Shown one piece after another: positions 52,109-60,767 of a DNA stretch of 64,000 nucleotides. The DNA comes from an uncultured euryarchaeote (GTDB lineage Archaea; Thermoplasmatota; Poseidoniia; Poseidoniales; Poseidoniaceae). The position numbers were made by a program, and so were the translations under genes. Below the pieces are notes generated by a model. It saw only the letters and a list, made by a program, of their open reading frames with translations, was not told where the DNA came from and did not search any database. The DNA is taken from NCBI GenBank assembly GCA_964001175.1, contig CAXFAS010000003.1, forward strand, positions 46,335 through 110,334, in the 5' to 3' direction. How positions within the stretch are numbered: position 1 is the stretch's first letter; each line of letters begins with the position of its first letter.

Positions 52109-53320
52109 TTACTCGACTAACCAATCATGCTTTTCGAAATCCTCATCGCCATCAGAAATCTCTACTTCTAGAACTTCTAATTGTTCTTCAAAATCTTGAG
52201 ATTCTAATTCTTCTTTGGCTTTTCTTTCGGCTTCTTCAATTATTCTGATTTTCTCTGCTCTCTTCTTGGCAAATTGTACAGAACCAGAATCCTCGGAATC
52301 TAATTCAATTCTAGATTTCTCATCCAGTTCTATTATTGCTTGTTGGACTTCTTGGAAATCATCTAACTCAGGCCATAAATCCTCTAAGAAAATTTCACCA
52401 TCGGGCACTTCATCTTGACTAATTGATGCAAAACCTCGGTGAGTTAAGAATAATCCAGCAATAAAAGATGTGACCTTTGCCTCATCTTGATACCCTTCAG
52501 GCACTACACCGTATAATTCTTCTAGGATAGTCCTAAGATGGCTCATTACCAAATCTACTGGTACCTTACTACTATTTATCTCAGCACAAGACCTTCTTAG
52601 TGCAGACCAGCATCTTCCGATATCTCCTTCAAGGTCTTCATTGTGCATTCTACTTCCAATATTTTCCAAATAGTCTTGTAGTTCTTCTTGATGTGCAATC
52701 CTATTTTCTTCTCTAAGTCTTAGTTCTTCAGCATCGTCAGCAGCGTCTTTGAAAGCGGAAAGTAATTCCCCTAAAGTAACTGGTCTACCTTCGTCTCTCC
52801 TCACTCTTTCTCCAAATAGTGAAGGGAGTAATTCATCTGCATCACCTTGAAGAATAGAATTAGTAAACATAAATGCTTCATCATCATAATCAGCTTCCCA
52901 TCCAAAATCAAACCCTTCATCCCATTCTTCCTCTTCATCATCTCTTTGAACTCTATCAAAAAGATCTACTGCCTGATGGTGAAGAACTTCCCATGAGAGG
53001 CGTATCAATCGCCCGCAAGCAGGTAAGTCAAGGTTTTTTGAGTTGTTTTTTACCCTCTGAGTGAAGAACTTCAGAAATTTGGAGAGGTCGATATTCCATG
53101 CATCTAGACCTTCTTCTCTCACCAAAGACAATACTAATGCTACTGAGCGATCGAATGGATCTGTTAATGATTGAAATTCAGCCTCTTCTGTTTCTGCAAT
53201 AGAGAGAATCCTGTCTCCGAATAATTGAGCTTCTGTATCTTCTTCTCCCGATTCTAGGAGTTGGTTTATGACATCTTGTCTAAGAAACCACTTGTCTAAT
53301 GCAGCCTGTTGTTCAGCCAA
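52109..53320 (-). CDS. scpA: Segregation and condensation protein A (kleisin)
   Basis: Position between smc and scpB, an acidic kleisin-like N-terminus and a C-terminal winged helix. Longer (403 aa) than typical ScpA. Confidence 0.55.
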   Translation of the reverse strand: MAEQQAALDKWFLRQDVINQLLESGEEDTEAQLFGDRILSIAETEEAEFQSLTDPFDRSVALVLSLVREEGLDAWNIDLSKFLKFFTQRVKNNSKNLDLPACGRLIRLSWEVLHHQAVDLFDRVQRDDEEEEWDEGFDFGWEADYDDEAFMFTNSILQGDADELLPSLFGERVRRDEGRPVTLGELLSAFKDAADDAEELRLREENRIAHQEELQDYLENIGSRMHNEDLEGDIGRCWSALRRSCAEINSSKVPVDLVMSHLRTILEELYGVVPEGYQDEAKVTSFIAGLFLTHRGFASISQDEVPDGEIFLEDLWPELDDFQEVQQAIIELDEKSRIELDSEDSGSVQFAKKRAEKIRIIEEAERKAKEELESQDFEEQLEVLEVEISDGDEDFEKHDWLVE

Positions 53321-53329
53321 ATTACCACC

Positions 53330-56300
53330 TCAAATTTCCTCTTCGGACTCGATTACTTCTTCTTCAAGCATTTCTGAAGCCTCTTCCGTAGATACGGCTT
53401 GCCTCAAATCTTGCATTTCTTCAATATCCTCTGTAAGTTCAGCAGTTCTTTCTCCAAGTCCAATCATAGAACTATCTTCTTGTGATTTTTCAATATGGTT
53501 GAGTAAGCCACCCAAACTACCTGGAGGAGATAAAGGCTCAGGAACTTCTGGCATTTCAAATTCGACTTTTTCAGCCTCATCTCTCCTCAAAGCGTTCATG
53601 CTAGCAATCTTCTCAGCCTCTTTCTCGGCCTCAGCACCCAACTTTATAGCGCGCTCTCTGTCGAAATCAACAATTCTACGACTGCAACCATCGCCTCCAT
53701 GAGTTATTCCGATATGGTGGTCAGCAAGTCTTAGTGAAACCTTCCTTAGTGTCACCATGATGAATTGTGCCTTCTTACTCCTTTGTCTACACATTTCTGC
53801 GATTCTTTCAGCATTTGTTCCATCCAAATTCTGATCGACTTCATCGAAATAATAGAATGGACTTGGATCATAGTCTTGAATTGCAAAAATAAGTGCTAAT
53901 GCAGCCATTGATTGCTCTCCACCTGAAAGTTGAAGTCGGCTAACCTTAGATGATTTTCCTTTTGGCTTAGCCCAAAGTTCTAATCCTCCCTTAAATGGAT
54001 CGTCTGGATTCTCCAAGTATAGTTCTCCTTTTCCTCCATCACTTAGAACGTTATATGAAACCTTGAAATTTTCATTTACCTGTTCTAATACCTTTACTAG
54101 CCTGTCTTTTCTTTGTGTTTCTAACTTTTCGGTTACATCAATTAACGAATTTCTTCTCTTTTGTAGAATCTTGAAATCGTCTTTCATGTCATTTAGTCGA
54201 GCCTCACAACTCTCGAATTGCTCAATTGCAAGCATATTCACCGGCCCATAAGCCTCCATTCTTCTTTCTAATGATCGTACCTTCTTTTCAGATTCACCAA
54301 CAGAAGGTAGGGTCTTATTGGATTCTGCTGGTTCTATTCCTGCAAGTTTCATTTCCTGTAATAATTCAACAAGAGCTGTCTCTTTAGTTATCAATGAGCG
54401 ACCTACTTCATCACTCATTCTTTTACGAGACTGGGCATCAGTGGCTTTTTGTGTTAGAGAAGTCCTTAGGCTACCTCTTTCATCAACTAATTCTAATCTT
54501 TCATCTTCCAATCCTTTGTTCTCTTCCAAGAACTCTGAAAGTTCTTCTTGTTTTTCTTTTAATTCTATAGAATCGGTTTCTACGGCTGATTTTAATTCTT
54601 CAATTAAGACTTTGTCCTTTGAAATAGATGCATCTAATGAGTCTATTCTAGTTTGTGTATCAGATACTCTTTGAGATAATAATTCTCTATGAGTACTTCC
54701 ACTTTCTAGAGCAGTTTCTGCTTTAGATTTGAGCCCCTCTGCATCTAAACGTTTCATCTGAGCTGAATGCATTCTATCTTTTAGATGACTTGGACTTGCC
54801 AACTCGACAGCTTCTCTAGCAGATTCGCAGTGTGCCTCCATAATTTCAACTTGGTTTTGTGAACTATCTAGGTCTTCAAGGTTTGAACGCGCAAGTGATT
54901 CTAATTCACTAAGCTTCTTTTCTATTTCTGCTACAGCGCCTAGAGATTTATTGTGGTTAGTTTTTGCTTGCTTTAATTCGGCACGCCATTCTTGTAATCT
55001 AACTGCATCTTCCCCATCAGATAATTGGTTAATATTAACTCTAATAATTTGCTGTTGCCTTCTTGCTTCGACAAGAGCAGCGGATACAGTATCAGACATC
55101 AAGCGAAACTTCTCTACTTCTCCAGATAATTTTTCGACTTCGGAGGCACCTTTAATTCGGCCCCCAAAAGATACTGACATCTTTCTCTTAGAACCACCAA
55201 TCATTGCGCCACCGGCTTCTGTAACATCTCCTCTGAGAGTTACTAGCCTGATGCCGCCCATATGAGCCCTAGCTGTTGACATTGAATCTACAATCAAAGT
55301 ATTTCTCAAAACAAATCTAATTACAGTATCTATTTTTGGATCGTAATCTAGAAGTTCATGAGCAAAACCGATTACTCCTGGTTTATTTGAAACCATAAGA
55401 GCTTTTCCAGCTGCTCTAGTACTTGTTAATTTATTCAATGGCAGAAAAGTTGCACGTCCTGCCCTATTTTCTGCTAACCACCTTATTGCTTGGGCCGCAA
55501 CTTCATCGTTTTCAACGACTAATGAAGTCATTGCACCGCCTATTGCCGTAGCAAGTGCAGATTCATGAGAATCATCTATTGGAGCGCATAATTCAGCAAT
55601 TGAGCCTATAATGCCCTTTAGTTCACCTCTATCTCTAGCAGAAATTACGGCTGCTGCGCCACCTGCCATGCCTTTTGAACCGCTAGAAGTTTCCATCTCT
55701 GCCCTTGTTCTCTCTAATTTCCTTTCCGTCTCTCGTAATTTAGTTTCTATAATTTGAGATTCTTCAACTAGTTTTTGTTCAGCATTTTGTGCGTCGATTA
55801 ATTGTTTTGATAATTTATTTCTATCTTTTTCAGGAGAGTTGCCAGATAGTTCTTGGCCTTTAAGTTCCAACTCACCCAATGTCAATCTTGCTTCTTCTGA
55901 TTCGTTTTGAGCTTGTGAAAGTTGTTCAGATATTATTTCGGCTTGTGCAGCGGTCCTATCAACTTCGCTTTGAACTTCAGAAAGTTTATTTCTAGCATCT
56001 TCTAATTGCTTTATTGCTTTAGAGAGATTCCTAGATAACTCAGCGCTTTCATCATTTGAGGATTCCATAATATTAGTTATTTCTTGCTCCTCTAATTGTG
56101 CTTCTTTCAATGCCGCATGTGCAGCTTCTAAGTCTTGCTTTGCAGAATCAAGTGATTCTGAAAATTCTTTTTCGGCAGAAGAAGCCTCTTCGAGTTGAAT
56201 GATTAAATTCTCCAATTCGGCTTGGTTTTCAGAAATTTTAGAAGTCATATCGCCAATTTTATCTTTATTACCATCGATTTTTAGGTGTAAGTCAAAAATC

Positions 56301-57226
56301 TGAGTATTTAGTCCATTAGAATCTCCACCCATCAATTCTTCAATCTGTTTTTGTAAAACTCCGATTCTATCTTCTAATGCGAGAAGAGATTTTGCACCTT
56401 CCCTTACTTCAGATTCCAACTCATTGGCCTCTTCCAAATATCGACTTTGTTCACTTAACTGATATTCTTTTTCAGCTAATTGGCTAGCATAATTAGACTG
56501 ATATGCCGTAGTTCTAGCTTGGTTTAATTCATCGGCTAAGTCTTTTGCTTTTACAGCAATATCTTTCTCTTTCCTTAATTCTTTAAGTCGGACTTTTTGT
56601 TCTTCTTCCAAAAGTCCGATTCTTTCAATGTATGCTTCGACATTCTCTTTTTGTTTGTCGGCCTTTCGGATTTCCTCATCGTATGATGTTACACCTGCTA
56701 CGCTATCAAGTACCTTTCTTCTTTCTTTTGAGGTCATTTTAGCTAAACTGGTTACATCTCCTTGTAAAACAATATTATATCCATCTGGTCTTGCATTTGC
56801 AGCACCTAAAATTCTGTGGAATGATTTTTGACTACTTTCTTCACCGTCTAACAAATATTGAGTTACTACATTATTTGATTTAGTGAGGCGTATCTTTCTA
56901 GTCATCCTAACTTCATCTGAATCAATTGGTAATCTTCTCCTCTTACTAGATAAAACTGGATTTGCAAAAATCAATGTTACTTCGCATGAACGAGCAGGTT
57001 TGGAATTTTTTCCACCATTGAAAATCAAGTCTTTCGAATTCTGAGCCCTAATCGTCTTGTTTGAACGTGGACCAAGAACGAATTGTATAGCGTCACCGCA
57101 ATTTGATTTACCAGATCCATTAGGCCCTGTTATTGCAGTAAATCCTCTATCTAAGGGGATAGTTACCTCGCCCTTAAATGATTTAAAATTTGAAATTTCA
57201 ATTTCTTTTAGATACATTCCCATCAC
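53330..57226 (-). CDS. smc: Chromosome segregation ATPase SMC
   Basis: N-terminal Walker A (ITGPNGSGKSNCGDAI), long coiled coils, a hinge, and C-terminal LSGGEQSMAALALIFA signature with Walker B (YYFDEVDQNLD). Confidence 0.9.
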   Translation of the reverse strand: MMGMYLKEIEISNFKSFKGEVTIPLDRGFTAITGPNGSGKSNCGDAIQFVLGPRSNKTIRAQNSKDLIFNGGKNSKPARSCEVTLIFANPVLSSKRRRLPIDSDEVRMTRKIRLTKSNNVVTQYLLDGEESSQKSFHRILGAANARPDGYNIVLQGDVTSLAKMTSKERRKVLDSVAGVTSYDEEIRKADKQKENVEAYIERIGLLEEEQKVRLKELRKEKDIAVKAKDLADELNQARTTAYQSNYASQLAEKEYQLSEQSRYLEEANELESEVREGAKSLLALEDRIGVLQKQIEELMGGDSNGLNTQIFDLHLKIDGNKDKIGDMTSKISENQAELENLIIQLEEASSAEKEFSESLDSAKQDLEAAHAALKEAQLEEQEITNIMESSNDESAELSRNLSKAIKQLEDARNKLSEVQSEVDRTAAQAEIISEQLSQAQNESEEARLTLGELELKGQELSGNSPEKDRNKLSKQLIDAQNAEQKLVEESQIIETKLRETERKLERTRAEMETSSGSKGMAGGAAAVISARDRGELKGIIGSIAELCAPIDDSHESALATAIGGAMTSLVVENDEVAAQAIRWLAENRAGRATFLPLNKLTSTRAAGKALMVSNKPGVIGFAHELLDYDPKIDTVIRFVLRNTLIVDSMSTARAHMGGIRLVTLRGDVTEAGGAMIGGSKRKMSVSFGGRIKGASEVEKLSGEVEKFRLMSDTVSAALVEARRQQQIIRVNINQLSDGEDAVRLQEWRAELKQAKTNHNKSLGAVAEIEKKLSELESLARSNLEDLDSSQNQVEIMEAHCESAREAVELASPSHLKDRMHSAQMKRLDAEGLKSKAETALESGSTHRELLSQRVSDTQTRIDSLDASISKDKVLIEELKSAVETDSIELKEKQEELSEFLEENKGLEDERLELVDERGSLRTSLTQKATDAQSRKRMSDEVGRSLITKETALVELLQEMKLAGIEPAESNKTLPSVGESEKKVRSLERRMEAYGPVNMLAIEQFESCEARLNDMKDDFKILQKRRNSLIDVTEKLETQRKDRLVKVLEQVNENFKVSYNVLSDGGKGELYLENPDDPFKGGLELWAKPKGKSSKVSRLQLSGGEQSMAALALIFAIQDYDPSPFYYFDEVDQNLDGTNAERIAEMCRQRSKKAQFIMVTLRKVSLRLADHHIGITHGGDGCSRRIVDFDRERAIKLGAEAEKEAEKIASMNALRRDEAEKVEFEMPEVPEPLSPPGSLGGLLNHIEKSQEDSSMIGLGERTAELTEDIEEMQDLRQAVSTEEASEMLEEEVIESEEEI

Positions 57227-57347
57227 TCATCCGGAAAAATCTCCGACCTTAACGGGCACATCGGGAATCTAGAGGTATTAAACTATGCGAGAGATAAAGC
57301 CTCAATAACACGGTTTACAGGGGTAAACTATTTTGCCGTTGAACCGC

Positions 57348-58124
57348 TTAAATTGTGCCTGTCCAATCGCATTTCTTACAACCGCCACCTTTACAATATG
57401 GGCATGTCGCATTTACTTTGATACTGCTCTTACTTCTAGACATGGAAAGTTTAGAATCTCTGTGCATCAATGGAGAGCGGGCTACTCTTTGTTGCTTTCC
57501 TTCTAACTCCGATAGAGGTCTTGCAGTTGTCCCGAACGTTGATCTAAATTTATCAGCAACTTCTCTTCTTCCTTCAAGCCTTTTATTGGTTTGTTCAATC
57601 GCCTCAGCCTCCCAATATTTAGGACCACGCATCAAAAATGCGCCGATAACTGCCAAGCCAATTTGAACAAAAAGAGGAGATACATCGAAAGGAATCAAAG
57701 TTGCAATACCTTCCGATCCGACTGCAGTAGGTAAAACATTAAGCCTATCAAGAATTGCTAATCCGAAAAATGAACACCCTGTAACAAACATTATTTTTCT
57801 AATTCTTACAGCCCATCTGCCTTTTTGTGGTAATTTAATTCTACCCACTAAAAGGATAAATAATCCCTCACCAAGAAGTAGAAAATCGGCACCATTCCAT
57901 TCCCCTACTGGACCCAAACAAAAACTGTCATTGCCTTGTGAAAGCTCAAGTTCGATATCTGAAATAGCACAATGAGGCTCGACCATCTTCATTACATCTA
58001 ATTTGGCCGGCTCTGAACCATCAATAATTTCCGGAGCAATTAAACCGAATTGGACATTTACAATAACAAATGATACCATCAATATCCCGATTGTTGGACC
58101 AATGTAGCGGCCAACTATGCCCAT
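57348..58124 (-). CDS. Polytopic membrane protein with C-terminal zinc ribbon
   Basis: Five or six hydrophobic helices and a C-terminal CPYCKGGGCKKCDWTG. Lies directly upstream of smc on the same strand. Confidence 0.4.
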   Translation of the reverse strand: MGIVGRYIGPTIGILMVSFVIVNVQFGLIAPEIIDGSEPAKLDVMKMVEPHCAISDIELELSQGNDSFCLGPVGEWNGADFLLLGEGLFILLVGRIKLPQKGRWAVRIRKIMFVTGCSFFGLAILDRLNVLPTAVGSEGIATLIPFDVSPLFVQIGLAVIGAFLMRGPKYWEAEAIEQTNKRLEGRREVADKFRSTFGTTARPLSELEGKQQRVARSPLMHRDSKLSMSRSKSSIKVNATCPYCKGGGCKKCDWTGTI

Positions 58125-58211
58125 GTACTAGCGACACGGTATTTACTGATAGTGATATCGCTCAAAATACTCAAATGAAGGCGTCCCCACGAATGTATTG
58201 AGGGGCACAGT

Positions 58212-59831
58212 ATGGCTGAGATAATTATCATTGGCAGCGGCATTGCAGGTTTATTTGCTGCATTGAAAATTGCCGATGCCGATAATAATGTCACCGTAAT
58301 AACAAAACAACGATTGAAAGATTCCTCTACTAATTGGGCACAAGGCGGGATTGCTGGCATTCTTGATAAAACTGATCTCGATGGTATCGATTCACATATC
58401 CAAGATACTCTAAGTTCTGGAGATGGCATGTGTGATGAGATGGTTGTAAACGAAGTCATTAGAAGTGCTAGCGACTGTATTCATGAATTACTAAAAATTG
58501 GTGTTAAATTTGAAAAGAACAAAACAGGAGAATTTAGTTTAGCAAAAGAAGGAGGACATTCTTCTAGGAGAATTTTTCATTCTAAAGACGCAACTGGCAA
58601 GGAAATAGAAAGAGCGCTAAGCAACGCAGCTAAGAATCACAAAAATATATCTTTGAAACCCAATATGCTTGCAATAGACTTGATTCAATCGGAACATGGT
58701 AATCCAAGCGCTGGAATCACAGGAATTTGGTGCCTGAACCAAGAGTCCTCTAAAGTTGAAACATTTTCTGCAGATTCAATAATTCTTGCAACTGGCGGTG
58801 TTGGACAACTGTGGAGTCAAACCACTAATCCTAGTGTTGCAACTGGTGACGGGCTTGCAATGGCCTGGAGAGCAGGTGCCAAAGTCAAAGATATGGCATT
58901 TATTCAATTCCACCCAACTGCACTAAGCATTTCGACAGATAGACCATTTCTAATCACTGAAGCATTGAGAGGAGAAGGAGGAGTCATACTGGATTATGAA
59001 GGCTTGAATCGATGGAAAAAAGATTGTAAAGATAGTTTGGCGAGAAATTTACAACCCCCACACCCTAATGAGTACTCTTTCATCTTAGAATTCTCACCCC
59101 TTGGCTCCATGGCCACTAGAGATATTGTTGCTAGATCAATCGATATTAATCTAAAAAAGTCTGGCCGTAATAATGTATTCTTGATTACTTCTCATTTAGA
59201 TAGTAAGTCCCTTCAAAAACAATTCCCTAACATTCAGTCTAGACTGGATAGACATAAACTCAAACTAGGCATTGATGACTTACCCATTTCTCCTGCAGCA
59301 CACTATGTAGTTGGTGGATTAGATGTCGATAAGTTTGGTAGGCCCAAACTAAGAGATAGCGACGAGATTTTTCCCCGATTATATGCTATTGGTGAAGTTG
59401 CCTGTACAGGAATGCATGGTGCTAATCGGCTGGCATCAAACAGTTTATTGGAAGCAGTTGTATATGCAGATAAAGCATCGAACCATATTATCAATAATGT
59501 ATCCAATATAGAGGCGAAAGAAATCCCCCAGTGGAGAGAGGAAGGTCTCGATTTGTTGGTAGAACATGCACCTATTGTAAATGACTTAACTTTACTCCGT
59601 TCTACAATGTCTAAAGAAGTAGGAGTTGTACGACGCTTTCAAAGATTGGAAAGAGCATCGAGAAGATTGAAATTATTAGGTCAAGAAATTGACTTAATTT
59701 GGAGAAATTCTTTTGCCACCAGAGAAATAGTAGAACTTAGAAACCTTATTTTAATTGGACAATTAGTGACTAATGATGCATTAAATAGAACCGAAAACAA
59801 AGGATTGCACTATAATTCTGATCTCTCATGA
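58212..59831 (+). CDS. nadB: L-aspartate oxidase
   Basis: FAD-binding IIIGSGIAGLFAAL, the WAQGGIAG motif and an H..AHY..GG region, typical of NadB/succinate-dehydrogenase flavoproteins. Confidence 0.8.
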   Translation: MAEIIIIGSGIAGLFAALKIADADNNVTVITKQRLKDSSTNWAQGGIAGILDKTDLDGIDSHIQDTLSSGDGMCDEMVVNEVIRSASDCIHELLKIGVKFEKNKTGEFSLAKEGGHSSRRIFHSKDATGKEIERALSNAAKNHKNISLKPNMLAIDLIQSEHGNPSAGITGIWCLNQESSKVETFSADSIILATGGVGQLWSQTTNPSVATGDGLAMAWRAGAKVKDMAFIQFHPTALSISTDRPFLITEALRGEGGVILDYEGLNRWKKDCKDSLARNLQPPHPNEYSFILEFSPLGSMATRDIVARSIDINLKKSGRNNVFLITSHLDSKSLQKQFPNIQSRLDRHKLKLGIDDLPISPAAHYVVGGLDVDKFGRPKLRDSDEIFPRLYAIGEVACTGMHGANRLASNSLLEAVVYADKASNHIINNVSNIEAKEIPQWREEGLDLLVEHAPIVNDLTLLRSTMSKEVGVVRRFQRLERASRRLKLLGQEIDLIWRNSFATREIVELRNLILIGQLVTNDALNRTENKGLHYNSDLS

Positions 59832-60758
59832 ATTAATAGATTTAATCAATTCGCTTAGAAGATGATTTCTAGGCGTTGAAACACCATATCTCTCAGCGCG
59901 CTGAACAATTGCCTGATTTAGGAATTCGATTTCAGTGCTTCTGCCCTTTTTTATGTCTTGTAGCATGCTGCAATAATTATTCTTAGTAGACTCTATTACA
60001 TGCGATAGCCGAGAAATCAATTCTTCATCCGAAGGCAAATTCACTCTCTCCTGTCTAGCAATGTTAGCACCCTCAATCATGACAGAAGAACATAATTCGA
60101 ATAATTCAGGCTGCAATAAATTACCATTTTTACAACCAATTAGAGCTGCTATAGGATTTATGCTAATATTTAGCAGTACCTTGGACCAAACTAAACTTCT
60201 TCCGTCTTCAACCCATTGAGGATTAAGTCCACAATTAGAAAGTAAATCAATCAATTCTTCAGCCTCATTCAAACCGGGTCCATCAGTAAATCTTCCAATA
60301 GAGATAATTCCTTTTCCAGCCCACTCTATAACTCCGGGTTCAGGCCTCCAAGCACCATGAGATATAGATGATGAGAACACTCTTTGAGGTCCGAAATATT
60401 CGATACATTTCTCAATATGCCCTAGACCATTACTGAGGCATAAAACCTTAGAATCTTGATGCAAAAGATTTCTTGATTTATTTATCATATTTTCAACATC
60501 ATTTGCTTTACATGTAATTAGCAAATAATCTATTTTCCCATCCAATCCTTGGTATATACCAACTTCATCAAGTGATACAATCATATTATCATTAGAGACT
60601 GAAAAATTCTCTTCACCCTGAACTTTTATCCCGCTTAGTGCAATTGTTGATCCGTGTTCTCCTCGAGCATGAATCAATAGATTTCCAATTCCAAAGTTAG
60701 AGATCTTTGCCGCAATTAGTGAACCGATTGAACCGGCTCCTAAAATGGCTATATTCAT
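59826..60758 (-). CDS. panE: 2-dehydropantoate 2-reductase (ketopantoate reductase, ApbA/PanE family)
   Basis: MNIAILGAGSIGSLIAAK Rossmann start and ...CKANDVE...NG..H with a C-terminal ApbA_C helical domain. Confidence 0.65.
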   Translation of the reverse strand: MNIAILGAGSIGSLIAAKISNFGIGNLLIHARGEHGSTIALSGIKVQGEENFSVSNDNMIVSLDEVGIYQGLDGKIDYLLITCKANDVENMINKSRNLLHQDSKVLCLSNGLGHIEKCIEYFGPQRVFSSSISHGAWRPEPGVIEWAGKGIISIGRFTDGPGLNEAEELIDLLSNCGLNPQWVEDGRSLVWSKVLLNISINPIAALIGCKNGNLLQPELFELCSSVMIEGANIARQERVNLPSDEELISRLSHVIESTKNNYCSMLQDIKKGRSTEIEFLNQAIVQRAERYGVSTPRNHLLSELIKSINS

Positions 60759-60767
60759 TTTTCCACC

